Assembly (NCBI GenBank): GCA_937873385.1
Contig: CALMYC010000148.1
Location: forward strand, 1 to 53,292
Source: an uncultured Flavobacteriales bacterium
GTDB lineage: Bacteria > Bacteroidota > Bacteroidia > Flavobacteriales_F > PHOS-HE28
Reading direction: 5' to 3'
DNA length: 53,292 bases
This document shows, piece after piece, positions 1 through 10,447 of the stretch; within the stretch, counting starts at the first letter, position 1; each line of letters opens with the position of its first letter. The notes below the pieces were generated by a model. It ran no database searches and was not told the origin of the DNA. It worked only from the letters and a program-made list of their open reading frames with translations. A program made the position numbers and the translations under genes.

Positions 1-1668
1 CGGCCGGATGAGCTTGGCTTGTCCCCCGCGTAGTTCCTTGCGGTGGAGCAGGATGTGGTAGAGGCCCGGCGACAGGGCGGCCACATCGATGCTTCCATCA
101 GTGGCGGCGGTGCCGGATGTCTGCATCACTTCGCGCCCGAAAAGGTCCATCACCTGCACGTGGCGTACCGAGAAAGGCGCACGGTAGTTCACCACGGACG
201 ATGCAGGTACGGGGAACACTTGCACCTTTTCATTGGGTGCCCGGTCGAAAATGGCGGCAACGGGGTCCACGATGATGAACTGCCACATCATTTGATCGAT
301 GTGCATGAGGTTGTGGCAATGGTACATCAACGGCCAATCGCCTGTGGTGTACTCGTTGAAGCGCATGATGGTGCGCACGGTATCACCCACGTCCACGTTC
401 ACCACGGACTTCGGGCCGCTTTCCCACGCGGGCGGCGGCACACCGTTGCGGTCCAGTACGTAGAACGAGCCGCCGTGCATGGTCATGGGGTGGGCCATGT
501 TGGAATGGTTGATCCAGGTCCAGATCTCGGTGGCGCCGAGCAGGATCGTGTCATTGATCACGTTCATGTTCCACGTGGTGCCGTTGATCTTGAAGTTGCC
601 CATGCCGTTCACCATGCCCATGCCGGTGATCTCCTTCACGCGGGTGCGCGTGGCGGAACTTTCAGGATAGGGCTGCACGTCCGCCAATGCGGCGGGGATG
701 GCGTTGATCGGGTCCGCGGTGGGGGCAACGATGCGGATGCGCAGGATCGGGAAGTCGATGCCGTTGAGGCCGCTGCTTTCCCAAAGGATGTTGTTGGAGC
801 CGGGAACCGTTTGCGGCAATTCGCTGCCGTAGCTCATCAGCAACAGGCTGTCACCTTCCATACCGGTGAGGTCCAGGAGCAGTTCGGCGCGTTCACCACT
901 GCCGAGCACAAGCCTTGACATTTCCGCAGGAGCCGGGAGCAGGCCACCGTCACCTCCGATCACATGGAAGGGGAAGCCGCCCTCGAAACCGAAGGGATAG
1001 TAGCGCGCGGTGGATGCGTTGGCCAGCCGAATGCGCACCACTTGCGCGGGGCATGCCAAGTACGGGTGGGGCGTTCCGTTCACCAGGATGGAATCCCCGT
1101 AAGGAGCGAAGAGCAATTGGCCGCCCGGTGAAAACCGCTTGTCCTGGACCACCACGGGGAAATCGTCCACGCCCCACGTGCGCGGCAAGGGCAACTGGGC
1201 TTCTTCATCATCCTGTACCACGATCAATCCGGCTGCGCCCTTGTTCACCTGCTGCCCAATGAGGCCCATGGTGTGGGGGTGGTACACGTACACGCTGGCC
1301 TTGTCGATCACCTTGAACTTCACGTCCCAACTGTCACCGGGCATGAGCATGCGCGGCGGGCTTCCGTCGAACTCGGGCGGCACTTCCATGCCGTTCCAGT
1401 GCATGCCGCTGACCTCGGCGAGCTGGTTCACGATGTGGAAGCGGGCGGTATCGCCTCTGTGCAGCAACAGGGCAGGACCGAGGAAGGGGGCGCTGATGCC
1501 GAATGTGTTGGTGACCACCCCCGGATAGAATTCATGCGTGCTTTCATCCAGTACCAGCTGGAAGGTATCCTGCTCAATGAGCGGCGGAATGGCCAAGGGA
1601 TTTTGCGCGTGGGCAGTGGAGATTGCAAAGAGGAGACTGGCCACGGTGATGGGGTGCAGGAGCTGCAT
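1..1668 (-). CDS. Secreted three-domain multicopper oxidase (CueO/laccase-like) with a T9SS type-A C-terminal sorting domain; 3' end cut by the window edge
   Basis: Absent from the ORF track because no stop lies inside the window. Hand translation of the minus strand from ATG 1668..1666 gives MQLLHPITVASLLFAISTAHAQ (signal peptide), then GMHWNGMEVPPEFDG, VYVYHPHTMG, AHPMTMHGGSFYVL and LMYHCHNLMHIDQMM (type-1 Cu HCHxxxHxxxxM motif), then VQVFPVPASS...LSPGLYHILL (Por_Secre_tail-like). The plus-strand ORFs listed here (43..918 and others) are antisense artefacts. Confidence 0.8.
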   Translation of the reverse strand, partial: MQLLHPITVASLLFAISTAHAQNPLAIPPLIEQDTFQLVLDESTHEFYPGVVTNTFGISAPFLGPALLLHRGDTARFHIVNQLAEVSGMHWNGMEVPPEFDGSPPRMLMPGDSWDVKFKVIDKASVYVYHPHTMGLIGQQVNKGAAGLIVVQDDEEAQLPLPRTWGVDDFPVVVQDKRFSPGGQLLFAPYGDSILVNGTPHPYLACPAQVVRIRLANASTARYYPFGFEGGFPFHVIGGDGGLLPAPAEMSRLVLGSGERAELLLDLTGMEGDSLLLMSYGSELPQTVPGSNNILWESSGLNGIDFPILRIRIVAPTADPINAIPAALADVQPYPESSATRTRVKEITGMGMVNGMGNFKINGTTWNMNVINDTILLGATEIWTWINHSNMAHPMTMHGGSFYVLDRNGVPPPAWESGPKSVVNVDVGDTVRTIMRFNEYTTGDWPLMYHCHNLMHIDQMMWQFIIVDPVAAIFDRAPNEKVQVFPVPASSVVNYRAPFSVRHVQVMDLFGREVMQTSGTAATDGSIDVAALSPGLYHILLHRKELRGGQAKLIRP

Positions 1669-1897
1669 CGGCGGTGATTTGGTCGATCAAGCTTTCGAAA
1701 TCCGCGAAAACATGGCCTGACGGAAGTCATGCGTCCTGCACTCGGCTTCCTGAATACCTAGCCAGGTCGGACTTGCCTCATAAGGAAGCGGTCCTGAGCG
1801 TGCGCCACAGCGCGAATGCAATACAAGTCTTCCCTTAACGGAGCGAACGGCACACCCGTACCTTGGCCACCCTTCCGGCATTCGGGCAAGCACTCGC

Positions 1898-2701
1898 ATG
1901 GAACCAAAGAAGAAGATCCCCGATCTGCGCACGGTCGCGGTTACGCGATACATCACTCCACTGCGTGAAGGAGGCTCGCTGCCGGCCTTGGCGGAGGCGG
2001 ATGATGGCTTCAAGTACGTCCTCAAGTTCCGCGGCACGGGCCATGGCCCCAAGGCGCTGATCTCCGAATTGATCGGAGGCGAAGTGGCACGTGCCTTGGG
2101 CCTTCGCGTGCCTGAGCTGGTGTTTGCCGAACTCGATGAAGCCTTTGGCCGCACCGAGGGTGATGAGGAGATCCAGGACCTGCTCAAGGCCAGCCGGGGC
2201 TTGAACCTGGGGCTGCATTTCCTGGCCGGCGCCATCACCTTCGATCCCGCCGTTACCACCGTGGACCCGCTGCTGGCCTCACGGATCGTGTGGATGGATG
2301 CGCTGCTCACCAACATCGACCGCACCGTGAAGAACACCAATATGCTCATCTGGCGGAAGGAGCTCTGGCTGATCGACCATGGCTCCTGCCTGTACTTCCA
2401 GCACAGTTGGGACCACTGGAAAGAGCACGCCAAGGGACCGTTCCCCTTGATCAAGGACCACGTGCTTTTGCCGCAGGCATCGGCTCTTGCCGAAGTGGAT
2501 GCGGAATGCAGGAACCGCCTGGTCCCCGATTTGCTCAAGCGCATCGTGGACCTGGTGCCGGATGCTTGGTTGCAGTGGGAAGGCATGGAACAAGGACCGG
2601 CGGAAATACGCGCCGTTTATCTGGATTTTCTCAACATGCGCGCCGCGCATTCCCATGTCTTCCTCAACGAAGCACAACATGCCCGGCAAGCACTTGTATG
2701 A
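1898..2701 (+). CDS. HipA-like (HipA_2 type) serine/threonine kinase family protein
   Basis: 267-aa ORF with ATG at 1898. Motifs KYVLKFRG, TNIDRTVKNTNMLIW (HipA-type catalytic loop) and LIDHGSCLYF (metal-binding DxG-like) fit the HipA C-terminal kinase fold. The next gene overlaps its 3' end. Confidence 0.65.
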   Translation: MEPKKKIPDLRTVAVTRYITPLREGGSLPALAEADDGFKYVLKFRGTGHGPKALISELIGGEVARALGLRVPELVFAELDEAFGRTEGDEEIQDLLKASRGLNLGLHFLAGAITFDPAVTTVDPLLASRIVWMDALLTNIDRTVKNTNMLIWRKELWLIDHGSCLYFQHSWDHWKEHAKGPFPLIKDHVLLPQASALAEVDAECRNRLVPDLLKRIVDLVPDAWLQWEGMEQGPAEIRAVYLDFLNMRAAHSHVFLNEAQHARQALV

Positions 2702-3062
2702 GTACGCGGTGATACGGGTATTTCCCGTCCTGGAGCGCGAGGAGTTCCTCAACGTGGGCATCATCGTGTTCAGCAAACGCACGGGCTACATCAGCGTTCG
2801 CACTGTGCTGGATGAAAGCCGCTTGCGTGCATTCCGTTGCGAAGTGGACCTGGAGCAGCTCACACAGAACTTGGATTCGTTCCAACGGATCGCACGGGGA
2901 GATCTCTCCGCTGGCCCCATCGCGCAGTTGGAGCCAGCCGGGCGGTTCCGCTGGCTTACGGCGGTGCGGAGTACGGCGCTTCAAACTTCGCGCCCGCACA
3001 CCGGCTTGAGCGAAGACCTGGAGGCTACCACGGAGCGGCTGTTCCAGGAACTGGTGCTGTGA
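2679..3062 (+). CDS. DUF3037 domain protein
   Basis: Internal ATG (2679) of ORF 2487..3062; the 64 codons upstream lie inside the kinase gene in another frame. MPGKHLYEYAVIRVFPVLEREEFLNVGIIVFSKR resembles the N-terminus I recall for DUF3037 proteins. Overlaps the kinase gene by 23 nt. Confidence 0.65.
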   Translation: MPGKHLYEYAVIRVFPVLEREEFLNVGIIVFSKRTGYISVRTVLDESRLRAFRCEVDLEQLTQNLDSFQRIARGDLSAGPIAQLEPAGRFRWLTAVRSTALQTSRPHTGLSEDLEATTERLFQELVL

Positions 3063-3097
3063 CCGCTGCCCGCCGGTGACCGACTCCGGCAAGAAGC

Positions 3098-4582
3098 TCA
3101 CCGCACCAGCGTAATGAACCCGTTGCGCACCATGTCTGCGTTGGGGTTGCACGGGTCGCGCATTTTCATGTGGTACACGTACACCCCCATGGGCAGGTTT
3201 CCGCCGTCCCACTTCTCATCCGGGTTGTTGGTGGCCCAAAGGTTTGCGCCCCACCGGTCAAAGATCTGCAGTTGGTAGTCCAGGTTTGGGATGTCCAAGT
3301 GGCCCGGCCATGTGTCGTTGATCCCGTCGTTGTTAGGGGTGAAGGCGTTCGGCAGGAACGCCGTTGGCGGGGTGCGCACGTCGATGTGTACGGAGGCCGT
3401 GTCATCGCAGTGGTCCGGACGGGTGGAATAGAAGGTGAAATCGTATTCGTTGTAATAGTGGAGGTCCAGCTGATAGGTGCCATGGCATTTGTTGAGAAGC
3501 AGCCTTTCATTGGCAAAGAACGCGCAGGAGTCGGCGTTGCTGTTGAACTTCACTTCGATGCCGGGGGAGCAGGGCAGTTGTTCGGCGGTGAAATCCGCGG
3601 GAAACCTGGGGACCACGTACACGCTGTCGATGAGCGGGGCGCTTCCGCAGGCCAAGGAGTCATAGCCTTGGAGGGTAACGTGCTGCCACCCTGAACGATC
3701 AAAGGAGATGGTGGGAAACTCCGCATCACTGGCGCCATTGGTTCCCCAGTGCCAAGCCAGTGAATCGGCGGTGGAGCTGATGAGGATGCCCAGCCCCGGG
3801 GCGCGCTGGCAGAGCGTGTCCGGTACGGTAAAGGCCACCGATGGGGGCTGCAACATGGTGAGTGTGATGTCCGCGTCTGAGGTGCAGCCGATGGAGGTGT
3901 CCGTGGCGGTGACATGCACCAGGCCTGCCAAGCCGATGGGGACTTGGAAGGAGGGCGTGGTGTCGCCGGTGCTCCAGATCCAGATATCGGGCTGGAAGCC
4001 CCACCAATTGTCAGCGGAAAGGGTGGGCGGGTTGGCGGGGCAATATGTGGCTTGGCCGCCGATGGTAATGGCCGGGTAGCCCAGCTCGGCAAAGATCCAC
4101 GACGGGCATGTGCCGCCGTTCACCACTACCGTGTATTGCCCAGGCCCCATCCCCGTGCGGGTGGTGTTTGTGATCGTTGGGTCGTCCACCCATTCCCACG
4201 TGTATGGCCCGGGGTTCACTGTGAAGGTCAACGTGCCGTCGTCCAGGCCTGCGCAAGTGATGTTGGTCGTAGTGATGGTGCCCAATGGCGCAACCACGGG
4301 CGGCACCACCACGGTATCGATCTGGCTGAAGCAGCCACTGGTATCCGTGACGAACACCGAATAGGGTCCTGCGGCCAGCCCGGTGGCGATGGAATCCTGC
4401 AAAGCCGGGTTTTGCTGCCAGAAGTAGGTGTACAGGCCCGGTGTATTGGGCACCACGGCGATGGAGCCGTCCAGGTCGTCCGGGCAGGTGGGTGAAGTGA
4501 CCACCACGGAAACGTTGCAGGGAACCTGCGCGTGGGTTGCAACGGCCAATCCCGTCAGGCAGACAAGCAGCGAGGTGCGCAT
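3098..4582 (-). CDS. Secreted surface protein with SprB-type repeats and a gliding-motility-associated C-terminal domain (T9SS type-B sorting domain)
   Basis: 494 aa. Signal peptide MRTSLLVCLTGLAVATHAQ. Repeats SPTCPDDLDGSIAV and TNITCAGLDDGTLTF. C-terminus FLPNAFTPNNDGINDTW...LQIFDRWGANLW...GVYVYHMKM matches the CHU_C pattern. Confidence 0.8.
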   Translation of the reverse strand: MRTSLLVCLTGLAVATHAQVPCNVSVVVTSPTCPDDLDGSIAVVPNTPGLYTYFWQQNPALQDSIATGLAAGPYSVFVTDTSGCFSQIDTVVVPPVVAPLGTITTTNITCAGLDDGTLTFTVNPGPYTWEWVDDPTITNTTRTGMGPGQYTVVVNGGTCPSWIFAELGYPAITIGGQATYCPANPPTLSADNWWGFQPDIWIWSTGDTTPSFQVPIGLAGLVHVTATDTSIGCTSDADITLTMLQPPSVAFTVPDTLCQRAPGLGILISSTADSLAWHWGTNGASDAEFPTISFDRSGWQHVTLQGYDSLACGSAPLIDSVYVVPRFPADFTAEQLPCSPGIEVKFNSNADSCAFFANERLLLNKCHGTYQLDLHYYNEYDFTFYSTRPDHCDDTASVHIDVRTPPTAFLPNAFTPNNDGINDTWPGHLDIPNLDYQLQIFDRWGANLWATNNPDEKWDGGNLPMGVYVYHMKMRDPCNPNADMVRNGFITLVR

Positions 4583-4656
4583 GGAAGGTGCAAATGTCGG
4601 GCTTTGGCACTAAACAGGGGGCCGCCTCCCGTCAGAGCCCTTTTGGCGACCACAAA

Positions 4657-5313
4657 CTACTTCCCCCCGTCCTTCACCACTTCCGGCATTTTTGCCTTGA
4701 ATTTTTCGAAGCGGGGAACGGAAACGCCACGGATGTATGGATTGTTCGGATTGTTTTCGGCGTAGTTCTGGTGATATTCCTCGGCTTTCCAGAATTTCAC
4801 GAAGGGAACCACCTCGGTGACGATGGGCGCAGGGTACTGGCCGGATGCATCGAGCTGCTTGATGTACGCTCCGATGAACGCCTGCTGTTCGGGTGTGTCA
4901 TAGAATGCGATGGAGCGGTATTGCGGGCCTGCGTCCGGCCCTTGGCGGCTTGGCGTGGTGGGGTCCTGGCTGGCAAAGAAGACCTTCACCAAGGTCTCGA
5001 AGCTGACTTCCTTCGGATCGTAGTACACCTCCACGGCTTCGGCATGGCCCGTGTTGCCGGCGCTCACTTGTTCATAGGTGGGGTTGGGTTCCTTCCCGCC
5101 GGAATAGCCGTTGATCACGGCCTTCACGCCATTCACGCTCTGGAAGATCTCCTCGGAGCACCAGAAGCATCCTTCGGCGAAGTGGGCCACGCTGAGGCCG
5201 GTGAGGTTCTGCTGGTCCATGGGTTGTTGGGGAAGTTCCGTTTCGGAATTGTTCATTGCATGGCCGCAGGAAGCCAGCAACAGGAAAGGGAGGAATGAAG
5301 CGCAAAGGTGCAT
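4657..5313 (-). CDS. msrA: Peptide-methionine (S)-S-oxide reductase MsrA, probable lipoprotein
   Basis: GCFWCSEEIF active site, GHAEAVEVYYDP and YHQNY motifs. Chosen start is ATG 5313 (MHLCASFLPFLLLASCG lipobox) rather than the 299-aa ORF start at 5556, which overlaps the helicase gene. Confidence 0.85.
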   Translation of the reverse strand: MHLCASFLPFLLLASCGHAMNNSETELPQQPMDQQNLTGLSVAHFAEGCFWCSEEIFQSVNGVKAVINGYSGGKEPNPTYEQVSAGNTGHAEAVEVYYDPKEVSFETLVKVFFASQDPTTPSRQGPDAGPQYRSIAFYDTPEQQAFIGAYIKQLDASGQYPAPIVTEVVPFVKFWKAEEYHQNYAENNPNNPYIRGVSVPRFEKFKAKMPEVVKDGGK

Positions 5314-5324
5314 TGAGCAGCACC

Positions 5325-5332
5325 CAAAGGTA
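5325..5332 (-). promoter_or_regulatory. Bacteroidota-type -7 promoter box TACCTTTG upstream of msrA
   Basis: Plus strand reads caaaggta, which is TAccTTTG on the minus strand, 12 nt upstream of ATG 5313. It matches the TAnnTTTG consensus. Confidence 0.3.
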
Positions 5333-5398
5333 AAGCGTCGCACCGGGAGGCGGGCTTCGGGCCAACAGCCTTTAACGCTTCGGCAATTCCCGGTGTGC

Positions 5399-7096
<1,698 letters not shown>

Positions 7097-7144
7097 GAGG
7101 GAAATTGAGGGGGGAAACCCGGTCCGGTCGCGGAAATGGGGGTG

Positions 7145-7152
7145 CAAATGTA
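7145..7152 (-). promoter_or_regulatory. Bacteroidota-type -7 promoter box TACATTTG upstream of the DEAD-box helicase
   Basis: Plus strand reads caaatgta, which is TAcaTTTG on the minus strand, about 49 nt upstream of ATG 7096. Exact match to TAnnTTTG. Confidence 0.35.
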
Positions 7153-7232
7153 AGGTTTTGGAAATGAACGGGGTTAGCGAGCGAACGCTGGGGTGAGGGA
7201 TGGCGCGCAGTAGGGGCGAGCAACGGCTCGAA

Positions 7233-7260
7233 GTAGGGACGAGCCGCAGCTCGCCCCTAC
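7233..7260 (+). promoter_or_regulatory. GC-rich hairpin (12-bp stem with 1 mismatch, loop CGCA) 10 nt upstream of ATG 7271, with an alternative 5' pairing arm at 7210..7221
   Basis: gtagggacgagc-cgca-gctcgcccctac followed by tttcgcgg. An upstream copy gtaggggcgagc (7210..7221) is a perfect complement of the 3' arm. Confidence 0.4.
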
Positions 7261-7270
7261 TTTCGCGGCG

Positions 7271-7504
7271 ATGTACCTGCTTTCCGCCAATGGCACGCTC
7301 CGCACCATCCTCATTCTGCTCATCATCTGGCAGTTGCTGCGACTATGGATGCGCCTGCAACAGCGCGGGGGCGGAACGCAATCCGGAAGCACTGCAAGCC
7401 AACAGCGCCCCAAGGGCGATGTCCGCATCGAGCAACTGAAGGATATCAAGCACGGCGGCCCCCCCTTGGATGCGGAGGATGCCGAATTCGAGGAGATCAA
7501 ATAG
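7271..7504 (+). CDS. Small membrane protein, DUF4834-like
   Basis: 77 aa. One N-terminal TM segment (LRTILILLIIWQLLRLW), a low-complexity linker and an acidic C-terminus DAEDAEFEEIK, typical of Bacteroidota DUF4834 proteins. Confidence 0.55.
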   Translation: MYLLSANGTLRTILILLIIWQLLRLWMRLQQRGGGTQSGSTASQQRPKGDVRIEQLKDIKHGGPPLDAEDAEFEEIK

Positions 7505-7519
7505 ACCCAACAGGAAGGA

Positions 7520-10351
7520 ATGAGATCGATCCATTGGAAGAGCTTGCTGCCCTACGTGGTGGCCGTGGCCGCGTTCTTCGTGCTCACCTTGGGCTACTTC
7601 AGCCCATTGTTGGACGGCAAGCGCCTGGTGCAGGGCGATGTGGTGCACTACACCGGCATGGCCCAGGAAATGCAGGAGCATCGTGCGGCCTTCAACGGGG
7701 AGGAGCCGTTGTGGACGGGCAGCATGTTCGGCGGCATGCCGGGGTACCAGATCGGCGTGGTGTGGCCGGACAATGCGCTTTCATGGTTGGACAAGGTCTT
7801 CACCGGGTTCCTGCCACGCCCGGCCTCGTTCCTCTTTCTCTACATGGCGGGCATGTTCATCCTGCTGCTTTGCCTGCGCACCAAGCCGTGGCTGGCGCTG
7901 GTAGGGGCGGTCGCCTACGGATTCTCATCCTATTTTCTGATCATCATCCAGGCAGGGCACAACAGCAAGGCCATGGCCGTGGGCTATATGCCCATGGTGC
8001 TGGGCGGGCTCTACGTCCTTTTCAATGGCAGGAAACTGTTGGGCGCGGCGCTGTTCGCCCTTTTCCTTGCGCTGGAAGTGCATGCCAACCACGTGCAGAT
8101 CGCCTACTACATGGGGTTGTTGCTGGTGCTGTATGCATTGGCCGAGTCCTGGCGCGCGGTGCGGGAGAAGCACATGGCCGACTTCGCCGGGCGCAGTGCG
8201 TTGGCGTTGGCCGGGGTTGCGCTCACCTTGCTGTGCAACTTGGGCCTCTTGTGGAGCACTTGGGAGTACGGCAAGTACACCACGCGGGGCAAAAGCGAGC
8301 TCACCATGAATGCGCAAGGCGAGCCCGACCATGACAACAAGACCGGCGGCCTGAACCGGGACTACGTGACCCATTGGAGCTACGGCAAGCAGGAAAGCCT
8401 TTCGCTGCTGGTGCCCGACATCAAGGGCGGCGCGAGCGGCTCCATGCTGCAGAGCCGCGAGGACCTCGACAAGATCAGCGACCCGGCATTCCGGAAGGAA
8501 GTGCTGGACAAGTACCAGGCCGGCGGCTATGTGAACAATTATTGGGGCGACCAGGACTTCACCAGCGGGCCGGTGTACCTGGGCATCATTGTGGTGTTGA
8601 TGATGCTGTTGCTGCTGGTGCAGGCTGAGGCAAAGGCGCGCTGGTGGATGCTGTGCGGCATACCGCTCGTGATCATCATGGCGCAGATCGGCAGCCCGGT
8701 GGTGGTGGGCCTGCTGTTGATCGCCTACTTGCTGGCGGGCCTTGTGCTTTGGAAGGACACCTTGGCCTATGCGCTTTACGCTGCCTTCTTTCTCACCCTG
8801 CTGCTTAGCTGGGGCCACAACTTCATGCCGCTCACCGATTTCTTCCTGGACCACCTGCCGGGCTACAACAAATTCCGCGCGGTCACCATCATCCTCGTGA
8901 TCGTGGAGTTGGCCGTGCCGGTGCTGGCCGTGCTGTACCTGGGCCGTTTGCCGGAACAGGGCAAATGGGACAAGCCGATGGAGCAGCGCTTCCTGATCAC
9001 CACCGGTGTGCTGGCCGTCATTTTGCTCCTCATGGCCCTTGTGCCCGGCAGCCTGTTCGACTTCTTCGGCGAAAACGAGAAGGCGCAGCTCAGCGCGCAG
9101 GTCGCCGGTGCCAAGGAGCCGGGCGCGGTCCAGGCCTATATCGATGGCCTGAAGCAATGGCGCATAGGCGTGTTGAGCGTGGATGCCTGGCGCAGCTTCG
9201 CATTCCTGGTGGCCGGGGCGGCGCTGCTCTTTGCATACGGCCGGCAAAAGATCGGGCAAACCGCACTGCTGGCGGGCATCGGCCTGCTGGTGCTCATCGA
9301 CCTTTGGAGCGTGGACCGCCGCTACCTGAACAACGACCGCGACGACAAGGGTCGCTACATCTCCTGGGAGGACCAGTCCAGCAATGCGATGCCGTTCAAG
9401 CCACAACCCGTGGACATGGCCATCATGCAGGCGGAATCCAATGCCGCCACGGATGCCGACTACGAGCAGGCCCTCACCCGGTTGAAGGCGGACAAGAGCA
9501 AGCGCAGCGGCACGCAGCGCCTGGTGAGCAAGGAGGAAGAGGCCATCACGCGCTTCGGCAGCCTGCGCCGCACCACCGATTTCCGCGTGCTCGGCCTGCG
9601 GAACACCTTTCAGGACACCCGCGTGAGCTACTTCCACAAGAGCCTCGGCGGCTACCATGGTGCCAAGCTCAAACGCTACCAGGAGCTGATCGACTTCCAG
9701 ATCGCCCCGGAGATCAACAGCCTGATCACCGTGCTGCAGCACGAACCCACGCAGTTGCGCATCGATAGTGCACTGGCAAAGCTCCCGGTGCTGAACATGC
9801 TCAACACCAAATACATCATCTACGCGGACGACCAGGCGCCCTTGCTGAACCGACATGCCTTGGGTTCTGCGTGGTTCGTGGATGAGGTGCGTGAAGTGAA
9901 GAACGCAGACGAGGAGATCACCACCTTGGGCAAGATCGATCCCAAGCACACGGCGTTGGTGGATGCGCGCTACTATGCCGAAGTGGCGAAAGCCGCCCGG
10001 CCCGACAGCACCGCCAGCGTGAAGCTCAACGGCTACAGGTCGAACGACCTCACCTACACGGTGAAAAGCGCCAGCGGCGGTGTGGTGGTGTTCAGCGAGA
10101 TCTGGTACGGCCCCGATTGGGTGGCGGAGATCGACGGCAAACCAGCGCCCTACGTGCGTGCCGATTACGTGTTGCGCGCCATGCAGGTGCCTGCGGGTGA
10201 GCACACCGTGCGCTTCCACATCGCGAGCAAACCATTCAACGTGGGTGGCCGCATTGCCTCCATCAGCTCCTTCGTCCTGCTGGCGCTGGTATTGTTGGCC
10301 TTGGGTCTGGAGTGGAAGGGGGCGCGGGCAGAGGTTGAAAAGAGCAAGTAG
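7520..10351 (+). CDS. YfhO-family polytopic membrane protein (GT-C-like glycosyltransferase)
   Basis: 943 aa. N-terminal YFSPLLDGKRLVQGDVVHYTGMAQEM...EPLWTGSMFGGMPGYQI is the conserved Bacteroidota YfhO signature. More than 12 predicted TM segments plus a large C-terminal soluble domain and a terminal TM. Confidence 0.75.
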   Translation: MRSIHWKSLLPYVVAVAAFFVLTLGYFSPLLDGKRLVQGDVVHYTGMAQEMQEHRAAFNGEEPLWTGSMFGGMPGYQIGVVWPDNALSWLDKVFTGFLPRPASFLFLYMAGMFILLLCLRTKPWLALVGAVAYGFSSYFLIIIQAGHNSKAMAVGYMPMVLGGLYVLFNGRKLLGAALFALFLALEVHANHVQIAYYMGLLLVLYALAESWRAVREKHMADFAGRSALALAGVALTLLCNLGLLWSTWEYGKYTTRGKSELTMNAQGEPDHDNKTGGLNRDYVTHWSYGKQESLSLLVPDIKGGASGSMLQSREDLDKISDPAFRKEVLDKYQAGGYVNNYWGDQDFTSGPVYLGIIVVLMMLLLLVQAEAKARWWMLCGIPLVIIMAQIGSPVVVGLLLIAYLLAGLVLWKDTLAYALYAAFFLTLLLSWGHNFMPLTDFFLDHLPGYNKFRAVTIILVIVELAVPVLAVLYLGRLPEQGKWDKPMEQRFLITTGVLAVILLLMALVPGSLFDFFGENEKAQLSAQVAGAKEPGAVQAYIDGLKQWRIGVLSVDAWRSFAFLVAGAALLFAYGRQKIGQTALLAGIGLLVLIDLWSVDRRYLNNDRDDKGRYISWEDQSSNAMPFKPQPVDMAIMQAESNAATDADYEQALTRLKADKSKRSGTQRLVSKEEEAITRFGSLRRTTDFRVLGLRNTFQDTRVSYFHKSLGGYHGAKLKRYQELIDFQIAPEINSLITVLQHEPTQLRIDSALAKLPVLNMLNTKYIIYADDQAPLLNRHALGSAWFVDEVREVKNADEEITTLGKIDPKHTALVDARYYAEVAKAARPDSTASVKLNGYRSNDLTYTVKSASGGVVVFSEIWYGPDWVAEIDGKPAPYVRADYVLRAMQVPAGEHTVRFHIASKPFNVGGRIASISSFVLLALVLLALGLEWKGARAEVEKSK

Positions 10352-10447
10352 TTGTCCGTTGTTGGTTGTCAGGCTTGGCGGCGACACACCTCCACAATCT
10401 GGCAACTGACAACTGACAGCAGGTCCGGGACACAGCCCACCCAAACC

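Noticed and set aside
10364-10413. 8-bp inverted repeat gttgtcag/ctgacaac (second arm tandemly duplicated) between YfhO and GT4
   Set aside because: The stem is short, the loop is about 33 nt and there is no T-tract, so this is too weak to call a terminator or attenuator.
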